37,053 bases of DNA from the NCBI GenBank assembly GCA_000934665.2, contig JYFJ02000949.1, positions 62,001 through 99,053 of the forward strand. Direction: 5' to 3'. Below are positions 35,535 through 37,053 of the stretch, in pieces (position 1 is the stretch's first letter; every line of letters starts with the position of its first letter). The notes under the pieces are model-generated. The model worked only from the letters and a program-made list of their open reading frames with translations, did not search any database and was not told the origin of the DNA. The stretch comes from Catajapyx aquilonaris. Its lineage: Eukaryota. Made by a program: the position numbers and the translations under genes.

Positions 35535-35606
35535 GAGCATATGGTTCTGTGGTAACGCGTCGGACTCTCGATCGAAGGGTCCTGGGATCTAATCCCGGGG
35601 CTTCTT
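35535..35606 (+). pseudogene. tRNA-derived sequence (SINE head or tRNA pseudogene) 2
   Basis: A-box-like TGGTTCTGTGG. T-arm CTGGG-ATCTAAT-CCCGG pairs. Possible CTC anticodon loop. Acceptor stem degenerate. Confidence 0.55.
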
Positions 35607-35660
35607 CGGTTGTGGTCTGGCAAAGGAAAAAAAAAATTTGCAGCCGTCATCTCTGGCCAA

Positions 35661-35820
35661 GATGGCGACTGATGACGACTGATGGCGACTGATGACGACT
35701 GATGGCGACTGATGACGACTGATGGCGACTGATGACGACTGATGGCGACTGATGACGACTGATGGCGACTGATGACGACTGATGGCGACTGATGACGACT
35801 GATGGCGACTGTTGGCGACT
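35661..35820. repeat. 10-bp tandem array in strict 20-bp alternation (GATGGCGACT GATGACGACT)n
   Basis: 16 units: 15 perfectly alternating, then GTTGGCGACT. Confidence 0.97.
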
Positions 35821-35823
35821 GTT

Positions 35824-37038
35824 GGAAATTTTTAAGACACCTGCTTAATGGGAGGGGGCGGTCACTTTTTTCGAAGAAAAAAGTCAACGAAATTAAAAGT
35901 CAATTAAATGATCAAGTGGCTTCGCTTGTGTTGTCCATCCCGGCAGCCCCCACCCTACGCACCCCATAGTCCCTACATTTGTCTTATACCAGGGAGTTCC
36001 ATTCTCAAACCTATTAGCCCCCCAAATATTCACTCCCAGAATTTAAACTATAGGTCCAATAAAATCACCAGTACATAGCAAATGAATCAACACATTTTTA
36101 GGGCATTTTCAATGGTTTGTTGCAGCCTGACCTTTGACCTGAAGGGCCCTAGTATTAGGTGTTTGTTCTGGGGCCAGGCCCTACCTCGGTCTCCATCTGT
36201 CGGGTCTTTCGTAATGAGACTGTACAGAGCATAGTACATAGATATACAGTATATCTCTCGATGATGAACAAGGATGCCCCTGGCCTACTAGCCTATACTA
36301 GCGGGGCAGGGGTGGAAAGGGGGGAATATGTAAGGTCAAAGAGACAGGAAGGTGACCAAGCCTACACAAAAATTTGCCCGTCTAAAACCGCGTCGAACGA
36401 TCTGCGCATCTCCACCCACAGCAGAAGCGGGTGGGGATTTAGGACTTTATTAATCCATAGAGCAATTAATGCCACGAAACAGTCATGCCGAATGTCCGTC
36501 CTGATGACCCCAAGGAGGTGACCACTCGCATACGTCACATTCAAACAGATACCAGCCAACTGGGCCTGCTACATTCGACTATGGGCATACAATCTTCACA
36601 TGGAGAGATATACTGTATATCTAAGTACTGTGCTCTGTACAGTCTCATTACGAGAGATCCGACAGATGGAGACCGAGGTAGGGCCTGGCCACAGACCAAA
36701 AACCTAATATTAGGGCCCTTCAGGTCAAAGGTCAGGCTGCAACAAACCATTGGAAATGCCCTAAAAAGTGTGCCGATTAATTTGCATGTGCTGGTGATTT
36801 TATAGGACCTATAGTTTAAATTGTAGACTTAAATATTTGGAGGGGTGATAGGTTTGAGAATTGAACTCCCTGGTATAAGACAAATGTAGTCACTATGGGG
36901 TGTGTAGGGTGGGGGTTGCCGGGATGGACAACAACAAGCGAAGCCACTTGATCATTTTGATTACTTTATTATATTTTACTTTTTTCTTCGAAAAAAGTGA
37001 CCGCCCCCTCCCATTAAGCAGGTGTCTTAAAAATTTCC
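35824..37038. mobile_element. ~1.2-kb foldback element with ~455-bp inverted arms
   Basis: 35824-~36279 is the imperfect reverse complement of ~36583-37038 (GGAAATTTTTAAGACACCTGCTTAATGGGAGGGGGCGGTCAC... / ...GTGACCGCCCCCTCCCATTAAGCAGGTGTCTTAAAAATTTCC). ~300-bp unique spacer. No transposase ORF. True ends and TSD not resolved. Confidence 0.85.
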
Positions 37039-37053
37039 CCCCAAAAAATCTCC

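Noticed and set aside
35334..35606. Functional tRNA genes
   Set aside because: Acceptor stems do not pair and the T-loops deviate from GTTCRA; kept only as tRNA-derived relics.
35459..35887. 142-aa ORF with SRHQS repeats
   Set aside because: Translation of the 10/20-bp DNA array; no other coding evidence.

Overview
Eukaryotic animal genomic DNA, most likely arthropod-like, inferred from short GT-AG introns, TCAGT-type initiators and midline-fasciclin-type genes. The raw ORF track fragments every gene, so all gene models were spliced by hand. The gene-dense left part (1-13.1 kb) holds the 3' end of RPS12 with an intronic box C/D snoRNA (SNORD100-like, 18S guide). It also holds two tandem CAP/SCP (antigen-5-like) genes with hydrophobic tails, one carrying a Gly/His-rich insertion, and two tandem EMI+4xFAS1 fasciclin genes with a divergent SSNA1/NA14-like gene between them. 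The middle (13.3-30.7 kb) is non-coding: satellites, MITE relics, a hairpin and a candidate Inr+DPE promoter. The right part holds a 5-exon gene for an ~899-aa disordered Ser/Arg/Pro-rich protein, two tRNA-like relics, a 10/20-bp array and a ~1.2-kb foldback element. No prokaryotic system, CRISPR array or autonomous transposase was found. No database searches were run; family calls come from recalled motifs.
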